A stretch of DNA of 64,000 bases, taken from positions 22,072,001-22,136,000 of the forward strand of contig OX597826.1 in assembly GCA_951406725.2 (NCBI GenBank). Direction: 5' to 3'. Each line of letters opens with the position of its first letter. Positions within the stretch are counted from its first letter, which is position 1. This stretch comes from Octopus vulgaris. Its lineage: Eukaryota. Under the pieces are notes generated by a model. That model was not told the DNA's origin, did no database searches, and was given only the letters and a program-made list of their open reading frames with translations. The translations under genes were made by a program, and so were the position numbers. Below, one piece after another: positions 25,070-39,746 of this stretch.

Positions 25070-25385
25070 CTGAGATTCCCTTCGGTCATGGGATTGCACC
25101 TAGAAAGTTACCCTCCCAGACACAAGTCCGGGCAAGGTTGTTTATGGAAGACCAGCAGATGCCCATGCATACCGGCCTCCCCTCTCCACGCGACCAGTGT
25201 TATCCAAGGGAAAGGCAAAGGCTGATACAGCTTGGCACCTGTGATGTCACAACTCATTACGACAGCTGAGTGAACTGGAGCAATGTGAAATAAAGTGTCT
25301 TGCTCAAGAATACAATACGCAGCCCAGTTTGGATTTGAATTTACAACTTCATGATCGTAAGCTCGACGCTCTACCCACTGAGCCA
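25068..25385 (-). mobile_element. tRNA-derived SINE with (ATT)n tail
   Basis: Minus strand starts tggctcagtgggtagagcgtc (A box), then a degenerate B box and the ttgagcaagacact central motif; abuts the Helitron 5' end. Confidence 0.8.
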
Positions 25386-28300
25386 TCTCTATATATATAA
25401 AACTGAGAATGTGTGTCTGTCTGTCTGTGTGTTTCCCTAAAACTTGAGAACTACACATTCAATTTCATTCAAATTTTACACATGCCTTACTTAAGGTCCG
25501 GGGAGTGTCATCAGCAAAAAAATCTTAACTTTTTCTCTAGGGTGACCCCACAGCAATATCATATCTTCTCCACTATTTCAGTATTACATGTTAAAAGTGA
25601 AACAAAAACATCTCTCTATTGTAATGCAGACACTTTCATTTTAATACTGAAACTATTAAAATGAAAGTATTATATAACAGGGATGAACTATTAATAGTGG
25701 TCATCCTTTTTGCTAGAAGAAGATCTGCTATGGTCTTATATGCTACACCACTCGTTTTCAATTCATATTAATCAAATTAATATTCAATTTTTCACCCTTA
25801 TTATGTGTGTGTGTGTATTAGCAATTCGTATAAAATTGCATCAATGACTTGAACTTGAATAAGTGGTTTCACATAAATGGGGATAAATTAAAAAGGTTTG
25901 TTGTTATTATTATTACTGTTTGACTATTGTAATCACGTTTGTTGGTTCCTCGTCAGGGAAATGCTGTTGTGTTGCATTTGTTAAATAATTGTAAACCGTA
26001 ACCCTCCCCTTTTCGGTTATTGTTTAAAAATTGAATCTTGTCCCTGTTTGGGGAAATTGACAATATTTTCACCGTCTTTACAGAAGCATTTTTGTTAAAA
26101 TGCCTTCGATAGAAGAAAGTCCAAAAATGAACTTCGCTGCAGCCGTACACTTCTATACAAGAGGGAGAACAAGATCCAATTGATCGAAATTGCAAGAGAC
26201 GGGCCTACAATTCCAGTCTGTTATATATTTTGAGTATTGTTATCACTAGCGATATCAAGATATAACTTTGTATTTTGTATTTTATGTGTAGATGTATATA
26301 TATAGATGTACATGTAATATGTACACATATATATACACATATATACATGCATAATATATCTACCCATACACACATATGCACACACACACACACATACATA
26401 GGGGTAATTGTGGCTGTGTGGTAACAAACTACGTTCCAAACACATGGTCCTGGGTTCAGTCCCACTGTGTGGTGACTTGGCATGTGTCTTCTGCTGTAGC
26501 CTAAGACCAACAAAAGCCTTCTCAGTGGATTTTGTACATATATACAGGTATACATACATATATATACATGCATACGTACATATTCGGCATAAACACTCTA
26601 CCACTACAACTAATAACTGTTGGGAACACTTTCAACGCCGAGTTTTCCATCTGAAGTTAATCTCTCTTATGGAGCTCATACAAAAAGGGCAAGTCTTTGG
26701 GCCCATACAATGTGACATGTACACAATCGAGTGGCAAAAAAGGGGCCTTCCACATGCTCATAACCTGCTTTGGCTCTCAGCGAAGATCAATTCCAATGAC
26801 ATCGACAAGATAATCTCTGCAGAGCTTCCTGATCCAGCTTTAGACAAAGAACTATACGAAATAGTTAAAGCAAACATTGTACATGATCCATGTGGGCGTG
26901 GATTCAACATAAACACACCATGCTTGAGGGACAGCATATGTTCAAAAAGATTTCCAAGGAGGTTCCTACAAGAAACGCAAACAGGTGCTGATGGGTATCC
27001 ATCATACAGACGCAGAAAACAAGAAGACGGAAGTTTCACAGCAACTATCGGACAACATGATATTGATAATAGATGGATTGTTCCATACTGCCCATTCCTG
27101 TCAAAGACTTTCAATGCCCACATCAACGTTGAATTTTGCAACTCCGTTAAATCCATCAAGTACGTTTGCAAATATGTAAACAAGGGTTCTGACGCTGCAA
27201 TGTTTGGACTTCAACAAGAATACTGCCAGGATGAGGTGATGCATTATGAGGTGGGATGGTACATAAGTAGCAACGAGGCTTTCTGGCGTATCTTTGGCTT
27301 TCCAATTCACCAACGACACCCCGCCATTCAACAGCTTGCAGTCAAAGAGTGTACTTCACCGATGCTAATGCTTCTCTGTTGGCAGAGGAACCAAGGGATA
27401 GCACACTCACTGCATTCTTCAAGCTTTGTCAAGTGGATCCATTCACTCAAACCTTGCTGTATCCACAGATTCCATTGTACTACACTTGGAATGGAAAAAA
27501 ATGGGCCCTACGGAAAGCAGGTCAAAATGTTCATGGATATCCTGGCATTAAGTTTCACACTTGCCTTGGGCGAGTATACACAGTGCATCCCACTCAACAA
27601 GAGTGCTTCTACCTTCGTCTACTACTGCATGAGGTCAGAGGGCCAACGTCTTTCCAGGCTCTAAAAACTGTTCATGGACATGTCTGCACAACATACAGAG
27701 AAGCCTGCTATCGACAAGGTCTGTTAGAAGATGGTGCACAATGGGATGCAACTTTAGGAGAGGCTGCTTTATCACAATCACCTAAAAGTCTCAGGGCACT
27801 ATTTGCAATATTAGTACAGGCATGCGAACTGTGTGATCCGGCCACTCCATGGCTCAAATATAGAGACAACCTGGCTGAAGACTTTCAGCGCCAAGCTCAA
27901 CTGCTTTATCCTGACATGGAGGGTATCAGCAATGAAATCTATAACAAAACACTCATTGACATTGAAGACAGAATTGCTAAACTGGGTGGAATTGAATTGT
28001 CGACGTATGGCCTGCCACAAGTATTCAGGTCAGGGTCAAATAGCCTTCCCACTGCTGCCATTCGTGAAACAACCTACGACACTCAAGCGCTTTCAAAGTA
28101 CATTGTTGAAAATGAGCCTAAATTACTTCCGGACCAGCTGCAGGCCTACAGAACTATTCTTAACAGTGTACGCCAATGCGAGAGACAAATCTTCTTCCTC
28201 AATGCTCCTGAAAGGACAGGAAAAACATTTATTACAAAACTTCTCCTTGCAGAAGTTACGCAGTATCAGGACATTGCAGTAGCTGTAGCCTCCTCTGGCA

Positions 28301-29650
28301 TTGCAGCTACTTTGTTACCCGGTGGCAGGACAGCACACTCAACTTTTAAACACCCTCTCAATTTAGCAGCATCCAAAATGCCTTCATGCAACATCAACAA
28401 AAGCTCAGATCAGGGACAAGTACTTAAAATGTATCATCTAATTGTCTGGGATGAGTGCACTATGGCTCACAAGGGAGCTTTGGAAGCATTAGATAGAGCC
28501 CTGAAAGACATCCGAGACATGGGAGGTGTAACGCTTCTGTTGTCAGGTGATTTCAGGTAAACTCTTCCTGTCATTCCGAAAGGCACTAGAGCAGATGAAG
28601 TCCAAGCATGCCTAAAGTCCTCTACTCTGTGGCATCATGTTACAATCGTCAGTCTCACCACTAACATGAGAGCTCAGCTACACGCGACAAAATGTTCACA
28701 AAGTTTGTGCAGGACATTTTGACACTTGGTGAAGGCAAGATGCCTCTCGATGTTGCAGGACAAATGGAAGTGTGGTCATTTTCCTCTGTTGTTAATTCTG
28801 TAGATGACCTCAATCACAAAGCCTTTCCCAACTTCACACAAAACTACCAAAATCACAATTGGCTGTGTGAAAGAGCAATATTAGCTCCAAAAAACGTCGC
28901 TGTTAACAAAATTAATCAACAGCTAATGCATTCTCTTCCTGGCACTATACACACTTACAAGTCTGTTGATACAATTCCAGATATAAATGAAGTTGTGAAC
29001 TATCCTCCTGAATTTCTCAATTCACTGGAGCCTCCTGGACTACCTCCACACATATTAGCACTTAAAGTTGGAACTCCTGTAATGCTACTCCGCAATCTGG
29101 AACCACCAAGACTTTGCAATGGAACACGACTGGTGATAAAGAAAATGATGTCACACGTTATCGAGGCGATCATTCTTTCTGGATGTGGAAAAGGTGATGA
29201 CATCTTTATTCCAAGATTTCCTCTTACTCCATCAGGAGCAGAAATTCCATTTACATTCAGAAGACTGCGATTCCCCCTTCGTGTCAGCTTTGCCATGTCC
29301 ATTAACAAATCTCAGGGTCAAACCCTCTCTGTAGCTAGTCTTCTCTTGGAAGAGCCCTGCTTCTCGCATGGACAACTGTATGTTGGTTGCTCAAGAGTAG
29401 GAACCAAAAGAAACCTTTTTGTATATGCTCCACAAGGAAAAACAAGGAACATTGTTTACAATGAGGTGTTATAATCTCAACAGCCAGGAGGTATATACAT
29501 GATCCCCCTTTTTTTAACAAACTTCATGTACTTTCATGTATTTATATTAATATACATATATATGTGTGTGTGTGTGTATCCATATATATATAACAGAAAA
29601 GTCTAATTCTTCAATTGAATGTAACTGGGCAACGCTGGGTATCTCTGCTA

Positions 29651-29651
<1 letters not shown>
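25386..29651 (+). mobile_element. Helitron with both termini and disrupted RepHel
   Basis: A|TC 5' end (tctctatatatataaaa), 3' hairpin ctgggcaacgctggg then CTAG|T; Rep motifs YTIEWQKRGLPHAH and KYVCKYVNKG; PIF1 motifs TGKT, WDEC, GDFR, SINKSQGQT, FSHGQLYV. Confidence 0.95.
26620..29474 (+). pseudogene. Helitron Rep/PIF1 helicase, frameshifted and N-terminally deleted
   Basis: Three ORF pieces (26408-27664, 27349-28560, 28692-29474); stop replaces Q of GDFRQ; Walker A degraded to NAPERTGKT. Confidence 0.9.
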
Positions 29652-29693
<42 letters not shown>

Positions 29694-30614
29694 TAGTCCT
29701 TGGATAGAATTTATAAACATTTAATGCATCGCTATGCATATTTCCACAAATCACATGTCTCTTAAGATCACGGTCTGTATTTCTGGGTTGATCATCTTCA
29801 CAGATTCATTTCTTCAGGCAATATAACATTAATAGATGTACAACAAAGGGATGCTTATCACTTTTGATCACACACACACACACCATATTTTCAAGCATAT
29901 AAGGTGCATCCCAATTGTGGCAGGCCTAATCTGCAGGAAAAAAAAAACAACTGCAGCCAACTCTGGATCCCAGAGCCGAATGTTTCACACATTTTCATGT
30001 ATAGGAACCATGAAAATTTAGATTGATGTTCTTTGGTAAACAGTTATTCTTGGCTAAGTTACTTACCTTAACATTACCAAATATCACCAATTTTGTTTCA
30101 GCAACACTGATAGCTATCCTCTCATACAAACAAACAACAGCACACGGCTACTGAGGACACAGATTTGCTTAATATATACTAAATAAATGTATTTGTTATT
30201 TCTTAATATAACACATGTATTTTTAATCTATACCTTAGGCCTTACCATAGCACTAAAATTAACACTTGACAGTTGCACAAGCCTATCTGAAGCCTGACCT
30301 TCAACATATAAGGCGCAGGGTGATGTTTTGTGGGAATTTTGGGGTAAAAAGCATGCCTTATAAGCTGGAAAATATGGTGTGTGTGTATATATATATGTGT
30401 GTGTATATATATATATACATACATATGGAAAGAGAGCGACAGAGGGGGAGAGAGAAAAAGAGAGAGACATGTATAGCTATATAGGCAACACTGGCATTAT
30501 TAAAAAACTTCTATAAACTTTAAAAACAAAAACAGAACTCTTTTTTTTTTATGTTGTTGTTAGTCATGGAATATAATTTTGCAGTAATTAGTTTGAGCAA
30601 AGAATTGAACATAC

Positions 30615-30728
30615 TTTTTATAATTTTGGATATATCTTGAATAAATATGTCCCAAAGTGAGTAGAGAATTTACATGGTTTGGTTGGAATTGAAGTATACA
30701 CAGAAAATCACTGATGGCTTGATGAATG
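30615..30728 (-). CDS. TTC6: TTC6-like exon (TPR)
   Basis: ttcaAG acceptor (AAG type)/GTATG; IHQAISDFLCILQFQPNHVNSLLTLGHIYSRYIQNYK. Confidence 0.85.
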
Positions 30729-31432
30729 CTTGAAGAGAAAAATAGGAAAATTATAAATTGAATTTTAAACATCATTTTAATAATAGTCATCATAAAAGTC
30801 AGCATTTGCCATAGAAATAGATATAACCAGATCAAGATGGGTATTAGGATTAGGAGATATTTTCTGGACAATTAGGTTTTCTAAAAGCTTTGATATAGTC
30901 AAAGAGAGGAGGAGGAGAGATGGAAGAAGAAAAGGGGGAAGAGTAGAAAATAGCAGGAAGGGGAGAGCAGTAGAAAGGGAGAGTAAACGAAAGGAGAGGA
31001 GAGGAAAACTGTAGAGAGGGAGGAAAGAGGGGGAAGAGAGTAGAAGAGGACAGGGTGGAGGAGAGAAAGGAGTAGAGAAGAGAAGGGGAAGAGAGGAGAG
31101 TAGAATAATCTTTTCTACTCTAAGCACAAGGCCCACAATTTTGGGCGAGGGGGCCAGTTGCTTAGATCGACTCCAATACACAACTGGTACTTAATTTATT
31201 GACCCTGAAAGGATGAAAGGCAAATTCGACCTTGGCAGAATTTGAACTCAGAACATAAAGACAGACGAAATGGGGTAATATATACTGCATAAGAATTTTA
31301 CTCTCATAATCTATTTACTGGTTTCATTCATTGGTCTGGGGTCAGGCTGAGGAACCACCTTCAAGAAATTCACAAGCTCTGGTATACATTGCATTTATCT
31401 CTATGGAGTGGCTGAATGTATCTATTGAGCTA

Positions 31433-32614
31433 TGAGATGGTATCAAAAAGTTTCCAAACTAGTTAAAAATAACTTATTTACCTAAATTTTAACATCATCT
31501 CCTTCAAAGCACTCACCCTAAAGGTCAATACACTGATCCCAGTATTCCTGCCACTTTTGGAATCCAGCCTGAAAGTTGCTTTCTGTGAGTTGATGGATCT
31601 TCTGTGACTCGCTCTTCATCTCAACAATGGTGTTAAAACAGCAACTTTTGAGCTTAATTTTCATCTTGGGGAAGAGATGGAAGTCTGCAGGTGAAAAGGG
31701 CTGATGCAGAAGCGGTACGATGTTGTCTTTGAGTGAGGGGAGCTCAGTGACAGGGTGTACTGTCGAGGAATGTCTTCCCTTAAACACTTCAAAATATCAC
31801 AGTGAACTCTCGATCGATGGTCTGGCCGCCCTTGCGGACAAATTCTCAATGTTGGGAAAAATTATGGGCATGCTCTTGAACGAGCTGTAGCTTTGTCATT
31901 GTGTTGACTGCTGCTTTCAGGGTTGTATCTGTAGACCCAACTCTCATCACCAGTGATGATCCTTGACATGAAGGATGAATCATCACTGACACGCTGACAG
32001 AGATCTGGATAGACTTCAACACAATGTTCTTTTTGCTCAGTGGTTAGCAGGTGGCGGGAAAAACTTGGCAGAAACAGGCCACATGTTCAATTCAGACATG
32101 AGGTTTGCCTGCATGGATCCATACAACAGACCAAACAACATCAGTAACATCATTGATTGTCCTCCGTTGATCCTCATGCACAAACTGATGATTTTCTCCA
32201 CATTTCTAAGGGTGACGTTCATGACAGGTCTTGCAGATCACTCATCATCATCCAGAGACATTCCTCAACTTTTGAAGTGTCCATGCCACTTGAAACATTA
32301 CAAATGATCCATTGCCTCATCACCGTAAGCTTGCCAAAACATGTTCAATGTTTTTGTAGCAGACTTCCCAAGTTTAATGCAAAATTTCACATTGGCTTTT
32401 TTATTCCAACTTCCTGTCCATGACAAAATCGCAGACTACAACATACACGTGATCATAAAACACAAATTTCACAACTTGCAAAGTAAACACAGCGATGTCA
32501 CTCGATATACTGCCTCATGAAGGTCACTGCTAGCTCTCACTGCACATGCAACCATGTGCTGCCATCTGTTAGCATGCTACAGAACTAGTCCAGGAGCTTT
32601 TTGACACCACCTCG
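31433..32614 (-). mobile_element. Mariner-type DNA transposon with TIRs and TA TSD, decayed
   Basis: TA-tgagatggtatcaaaaagtttccaaactagtt versus aactagtccaggagctttttgacaccacctcg-TA; fragments VSAKF, ITGDESWVY-like, SPADFHLFPKMKIKLK. Confidence 0.88.
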
Positions 32615-34048
32615 TATGTGCCTTTTAAGGAGTTAACTCTTCTAGGCAGTAAACACTGCAAGAAATTTACACATGCACACATGAACATACACACACAATG
32701 GGCTTCTGTCAACTAAATTCTGTTCACAAGCTACAAATTAACCTGATGATATCATAAAAGACATTTTTCCAAGATGCTATACAATAGAATTGAACCCATA
32801 AGCACATGGTTATGAAGCAGTGAACTTAATTACATAACAATAAATTAACATGAATTATAGAGGTGGGATGTATGATATATCCACTGTGAATCTTGTACCC
32901 ATTTTATTCCTGTTAAATCACCAACTACTTCTTCTTACTCTCTCATTTATCATTCATTCTCTCCCCTACTCACTGTACACAGCCTGTATATCAAGGATTG
33001 GTATTTGATCATTCCATATTCAGTTACCTTTTATCATGCTATCTCTCTTTTTCCATCACACTTTATCATGTAACCTCTGTTCTAACATTGGAGCCTCCTA
33101 TATAGATCACACTTCTTTACTGCCAGCCACCACACACTTTCTCTCATATGACTTTTTATCTCCCATTCATATCGCCACCAATTTCTAGAGCTATACCATC
33201 ATGCAACTCATATTCTTGTTCTATTCAAACTCATCATCAACAACCAATATGTAGCTATCACTTTCTAATTTCCATTACTCTCTCTGTTACTATCCTCTCA
33301 CTCTGTCTCTCTCTCTCTTCCATCATTCTCTTGGTTATCAGTTTCTTTTCTATTCATACTCTCACTCGTGTTTGCCTTGAACAGAGACCATGTAAACTAG
33401 AGAGGACACTTTCATTATTCAAGGAAACAAAGTAACCTCTGTCTCTCTTTCCCTCCCTTCTTCCCTTAGTGCTGATGCTGTAATAAAACATATTCATTAT
33501 TCTTAGTAAAATGTTTGGCGTTAGGAATGACATTCATCCATAGAAACCATGACAAAAACTGACCTTATATCTAGGAGAGCAGTGACCCCATATAAAAGAA
33601 CTAATTTAAACTACGACGATCCATCCAGTCTGAGCCAGCATAGAAAGTGGATGTAAAATGATGATGGTGAGTTTTTTCTGGAACTGATGGAGAAATATTT
33701 TGGTCTCTTGAACTGTTTTGCTTTATCAACTTTCTGTAATGTGAACGATTCATTCTATTTTTGTTATTAAAGTTCACTGAGAAAAACTGTATATACTCAT
33801 TTAAAAGGGGAAATTTCAAACCAGATTTTTTGGCTAAATTCATGCAATCAACTACTATGTAGATACTATTTTTAAGGAGCTGAAATTTAAGGCACAATTC
33901 AAAATACCTTATACGTAGCAGAGCACCAATTGAACTCTCAAATTTTCTCTTTTCATCCAACCAGCCTCAGAGACCATGAAAAGTGCCAATGGTATAGCTC
34001 TTCTTATCTGACTAAGCTATTATAAAAAATAATCTTGTTTATACTTAC

Positions 34049-34162
34049 AGTTCAAGTTTTATATAGAGCTGACCTCTTTGATAATAAGAGCTCATGTTTT
34101 CTTGCATATCATTCAGAAATAAACTTAAACTAAAATCTGTAATAGCCTGCTTTATATTGTTC
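34049..34162 (-). CDS. TTC6: TTC6-like exon (TPR)
   Basis: ttcAG/GTAAG; NNIKQAITDFSLSLFLNDMQENMSSYYQRGQLYIKLE. Confidence 0.9.
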
Positions 34163-34659
34163 CTGAAATGAAAATACAAAAGAAAATCACTAAAAGACAC
34201 ACACATACACATGGCTGTAATATCTGCGGAGTGGAGGAATATATTTGTAGTGATGAGAATAATAATGAAGTGAGTGTAAGATACTAATTAAAGTATAATA
34301 ACTGAAGTAAGTGTAAAGACCCTTATGTGATATGAAAAATTTAAAGCAATATTTACGTGAAGCTCTAAAAAAAGAAAAAAATTGTTTAAATCTAAGGGGA
34401 GATAACTAAATAATTCGGACATGTTTACGACACCAAAATCTTAATTAAAAGTGGTAATATTCCTGTGATGTGGGGAGGGCAAATATAATCTGATAGACAT
34501 GTATTAGTCTGTTTCACTCTCCTCATTGATAATATGCCACCAGAAATTTGGTAGATAGAAGTATACAATGATACGCTCCCTCAATTTTGTAATTTCATTA
34601 AAACTCAATTGAAAAATGGACTGGGAATTGTATTTTTACATTTCTCAAGAAAGATAATT

Positions 34660-36200
34660 TAGGTATGGATAAAAATTATAGAGGGATTATTCTCATAAGA
34701 AGAGCCACAAATATTTACAACAAATTGTTGCTGAACAACCTTAACTCAAGGAGGTCTTATGCAAAAACCAAAATGAGTTCAAGAAAAATTGGTCAACTGT
34801 TAGATTTTAACTGTCAGAATCATTGACAAAGTTGTCGCTAAAATTCTTCAGGCATTCTTACTGCTTGTAGACTTTTCAAAGCTTTCATCTCTGCTTACCA
34901 AGGCAAAATAGAGCAAATTCTTCTTTCATAGGGTGTACTTCAAAAGGTATTAGCAGTAGTAATAATGTTCTATAAGAACACAATGGCTAAAGTGTGATCA
35001 TCTGGCAAAGACATTGACTTCTTTGGCAGTGATGTAGTTGTTTTGCAAGGAATGGTAGACTTATACTATTCTTATTAATCATCTGTCTGGACAATGTCTT
35101 TTGCATTTCAATTGATAAAACTAAACAATGTAATTTCATTCTGACAATATCTACTTCCTCTCATCTCCCAGCCATAGCAATTATAGACTGTGGTTATACT
35201 GATGACAATTGCACTCTTTGGTGATACCATGAAAACAATCACACAAATTACCACATAGCCTTGAGAAAGTGACAGAAAATACTGGTTTATATGTCAGTGC
35301 CTCAAAGACTGGATATTACTATAGCTGAGCTACATAACTTAGGCAGAGTAATATGTGAATCGACCTACACAGCAGATGAATATATCTATGAGGCAGCTAG
35401 CCTCGCTTTGATACAGTAGCCTCATTCTGAGCTCCACTGTAGAAATGGCCTCAGTTCCTGCCAGGCTTTGGTCAAAGACACGTCTTCTCTACAGCTTCAC
35501 ATGCAATCTCTCACGTGCAACTCACATGTCTATTCGCCTCAACACAAGATATATGGTTCGTAAATGATGATATTTTATCACATACACATCCTCAAAATGA
35601 CTGTTCTCATCACACACATTCATACATACTGTAATACAAATATTATTTGTTACTTCTTTCAGTGCAAAAGTAAAAATCAAAACTTTCTTTGTATGTAAAA
35701 GCACACACGGTTTTTGTATTATATTATATGCTTCCACCACAAAAGGTCAACACAGAATAAACAATATATGTATACACAAAAATGTCTGATGGCAATTCAT
35801 ACTGTTTCCATTTAATAACATGCACTTGAACAGCCAACGACAGCCACTATACATCTGCTATAAACAATGAGCACAAACATACAAAACCCTCTAAGATCTG
35901 GAAACTTCTTTGTATACTTATGGCTGAGTATCATATCCAAAGAAAAGTATGTAAACATTCATAATGTCGTGAAAGCCTGGACTGATCTTGATGACGGCAG
36001 TGTCGTCTTCAAGTCATCATCTGATGAGCTTCAGACAAGCTTCTCCCAAGTTGTTGTGGAATCAATACTATTGTATGGGTCTCCTGCTTGGATGTTCACC
36101 AAACACAATGGAGGCAGAGCTTGATGTTGCTTATACCCACTTCTTATAGGCTCCAACCAAACAAACAGCATGGCAACTTTTTCAACAAATTCTTTATAGA
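34660..36200 (+). mobile_element. Old non-LTR (RTE-like) RT relic, interrupted
   Basis: Scattered motifs (DFSKAF-like at 34870, VLQG at 35037, YTDD at 35195, VESILLYGS in ORF 35867-36124). Confidence 0.55.
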
Positions 36201-36815
36201 CACAAGATCAGTCCAGGCTTTCATGACATGAATGCTTACATACTTTTCTATGGATATGATGTACAGTCATTAGTATACAAAAAAGTTTCCAGATTTTAGA
36301 GGGTTTTGTATGTTTGTGCTCATTGTTTGTAGCAACTTTTGTATCAGAATATGAAACTACAAACGTTTGTACCAGTATATGAAACTACAAACTATATTTC
36401 TAGTGAAATAATTGCAGACAAAAAAAAAAAGCAACTAGCAAAGAACAATGTTAATTTTAATTTGTTGATCTATAGAAGACCTTCAATTGTATTCTGACAA
36501 CTTGGCTGTTGTTGTTGAACCCTGGGTCAACTCTGACAGAGCAGACAGATGTATGAATAAAATCATTACATTTTTTAAAAATAATGCTCCTTAGAAAACA
36601 TTATCTAATGCATCTTTTAATAAGACAACAGAGTGTGGTTTGAAGGAGATTTGGCTGCAATTTCTGGTACACCTAATGACGAAATTGAAGCTTCTTTGTT
36701 TCACTGAGGACCTGTTTTTCATTGGATGTTAACAACTTTTGTATGAAAGTCTTGTTTTCAAAAAAAGAGTTTTGTAAATATATTCTGAAATTACAAATGA
36801 TTGTCAATACTGTAC

Positions 36816-37010
36816 CTTTTCAGCAGATAAGCACGGAGATAATAGGCTTCCCAGGAATTTGGATCCAGATGGATGGCAACACATAAATCTTTTAGAGCCA
36901 ACTGAAACTTCTTTAATTCTATATAAATTTTAGCTCGTTGTAAAATATAATTACTGTTCAAAGATATTTCTATTAACATATCAAAATCTGCTAGTGCCAG
37001 ATTCCACTTT
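36816..37010 (-). CDS. TTC6: TTC6-like exon (TPR)
   Basis: ccAG/GTACA; KWNLALADFDMLIE...ALKDLCVAIHLDPNSWEAYYLRAYLLK. Confidence 0.9.
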
Positions 37011-37650
37011 CTGGAATGATGAGAAAAACAGAATAAACAAAAATCTAGAAAATAGAGCTTTCATCTTTAATAAAGAGGTAGAATAATTACAGCATTGGAT
37101 AAAATGTAGTTCCACCCATTTACATTCAGGCTTCAGTATGAAGCTAGTTTTTTTTTTCATCTTTCTGGAGTTGTTAAAAAATATAGTACCAGTCATATAG
37201 TACCAGGATCAATATAATTGACTATACACCTCCCTGATGTTAGAAATAAGTTTTATAGACAAATTAATCCAGTGAATTTTTGTTTACAAGAGTGAGAATG
37301 CTGTTGCTGTTGTTTAGGCCCAGGTCAGACCTGATTGAGCAAACCTAAAACCAGTGGCTTTCGAAATATGACCATCACATTTAGAACCATTTTTTTTCTG
37401 TTAATGGTTGAGTGAAAAAACATAAGCCAGCAGCCATAAGCCTTATCAAAGCCCACTAAAGAGGAAGTTATCAACCAGTTGGAGACATGGATGAAATGCT
37501 TGTAAGAGAATAGGCTCTGCTAAAGAACCAAGTGGTGGGGTTGTGTTAGACTAGGTGATGGTCTAAGTCTACCATATAACAACAGCAATGATCCTTCCAA
37601 TAGGTCTCCATAGTTTCTATTTCCCCAAAAATGTTTTGGTTGATCTAAAG

Positions 37651-39410
37651 CAGGGGTGGGGAAACTTTTTAGGTCTGCGGGCAGATCACAAGTTCTGACT
37701 TTTGTATCTGTGTATATATCTATGCATAATTCAATTTACATTAATATAGCTAAGTTTAACACATTAAATTAATGCATAACATCTTCATTAATGCTGCCAC
37801 TGAATTTAGGACGTTTATATTACTTATGAGGTATTCTATATTTTTCAAAATGTACCTATCCTATTGTTGGATAATGTTGGAGAAATTATAACAGTCAAGC
37901 ACAGACCGAATTTAATTTTGAAACATTACATTAATACCTAAATAGTATTATGTGTAAATGACATATTTGAACAAATTTATCCTGGTGATAATTTTATAAA
38001 AACTAATCAACCTTAACTTTAAAATTTGGCTTTGTTTAGTGAGAAGGATGAAACTACATTTTTTTTTTTTTTGAAAGTTTAGGAACATCACGTCTTTGAA
38101 GAAACTGCTATTCTTAGTTCATTACTCAGGTTTTCGTTAGTAAGTCTGGTATGAAGATGATTTTTTGTATATTTCAATTTGGAAAAAATTTGCTCACATT
38201 GATAAGTTGTCGAAAATTGAGATACAAATTTCAAGGCATTTTTATGTAAAGCAGGGAATTTCTCATGATTGATGGGTTTGTTGAAGTCCAATAAAGACAA
38301 ATTACTGTATTTTGATTTTATTAAGTTCTCCGACTGCAAATCAATTCTAATTGCAAGGAATCCAGAGTTTCCTCAGGACATATCAAGGTGTTTCAAAAAA
38401 CAACATAGTTCAATTTTATTTTGTATTTCTTCAAAAGACTTTCACACTCATCAAAATATTCCATTGTTGATTCAGGATTTTGTTTGCTCAATTTCGGAGA
38501 TTGTGTGAAGCACTTTCTTTTCAATTGTGTGACTAATAAATGAAGCATTGATTCAAAGCTTTTGATATGAGAAAGCAAACTGGTTATTAGCTGATTGGAG
38601 TCTTGTAGTTTAAAGTTCAAATTATTTAAATGTCTAGCTATATCTACTAAAAATGCTAAATCGCTTTGAAACTTTATCTTCTATAATAGGAACACCTTTA
38701 ATAACCATAAAAATTTTCACTCCTTTCTTCACTTCATAAAATCGCTTAAGCCTTACTTAACCACTTAACTTCACAATGGTACAATAAATCCCCATATGTG
38801 GCTTTCAAAAATCCTTTAAATTCCCTATTATTCAACCCTTTGCTTTTTATCAAATTAACGGCCTTAGTTCCAACTTACATTACATTGCCCATCTTGAGAG
38901 ATTTTGCACATAAACTTTCCACATGAATAAAGTAGTGACACACCATTAAAGTTTCCGGATCCAAAAGATGCTTCTTAAAGTCATTCTTAATCAGAGCTAC
39001 AAATCTTTTTTCATCACCATCTGTAGCAAGACCATTTTTTCCTATGGCAAATCAAAATCTTTCGAGGCTGAGTTGACCATTTGAAATAAATCTTCACCTC
39101 TAGTTGTTCCATGCATTGATTTCAAAGCAAGAAATTCTTCCCGAAAGTTGAATTTTGCAATTATTGCTCGTATAAATATTGCCATCTGAGCAGTATCAGA
39201 CAGATCAGTTGTCTCATCAATAGCTAATGAATACAATACGAATTCTGCTGAATCAGATTTTAGAGAATTTTGTATGTCAACAGCAATATCTTTAATACGA
39301 TCAGAAACAGTTCTTCTTGATAAGCTAATATTTCCTGTCAAATCAAGTTTTTCTAGGCATATATTCTCAATAGCAGTAAGGATACATTCTTTCACAATTC
39401 ACCATCTTGT
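37651..39410 (-). mobile_element. hAT (SPIN/Charlie/Buster-type) transposon relic, 5' part missing
   Basis: SLSRRTV, YSLAIDETTDLSDTAQMAIFIR, C-terminal FSTTYQCEQIFSKLK dimerisation motif; terminus CAGGGGTGGGGAAAC preceded by atctaaag. Confidence 0.9.
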
Positions 39411-39746
39411 TAGAGAATAATAAATTTGAACTCTAACCAAATGTATTGAGTAATCCTTCAATTTGATGTAAAATTATTTTTATTATAACATAAAAACAAA
39501 CAATGTGTGTGTGTGTATCAGAGTTAACAATCAGCACTTGAAAGACTAGTACCTTGTGGTATTTGGTCCAAGATATCTTCTTTATGTCATGATAGAATTA
39601 GCAACTCTATAAATAGAGATGAAAAAACAAACCCCAAAAATAAAGCCCTTGGCTTTATACAATCAAAGTAAAAGCCTTTGAAGGCATTATGCCTCAGTAT
39701 GGTCAGCGTCCAACAACTTCAATAAAAGAATAGCTTCACTACTTAC

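Noticed and set aside
29775-29820. Additional CTGAAGA...GAAA hammerhead candidate (similar cases near 25470-25515 and 35200)
   Set aside because: No stems I/II or cleavage triplet in the right geometry
30777-31181. 134-aa Leu/Ser/Pro-rich ORF
   Set aside because: Purine-rich low-complexity tract plus SINE tail
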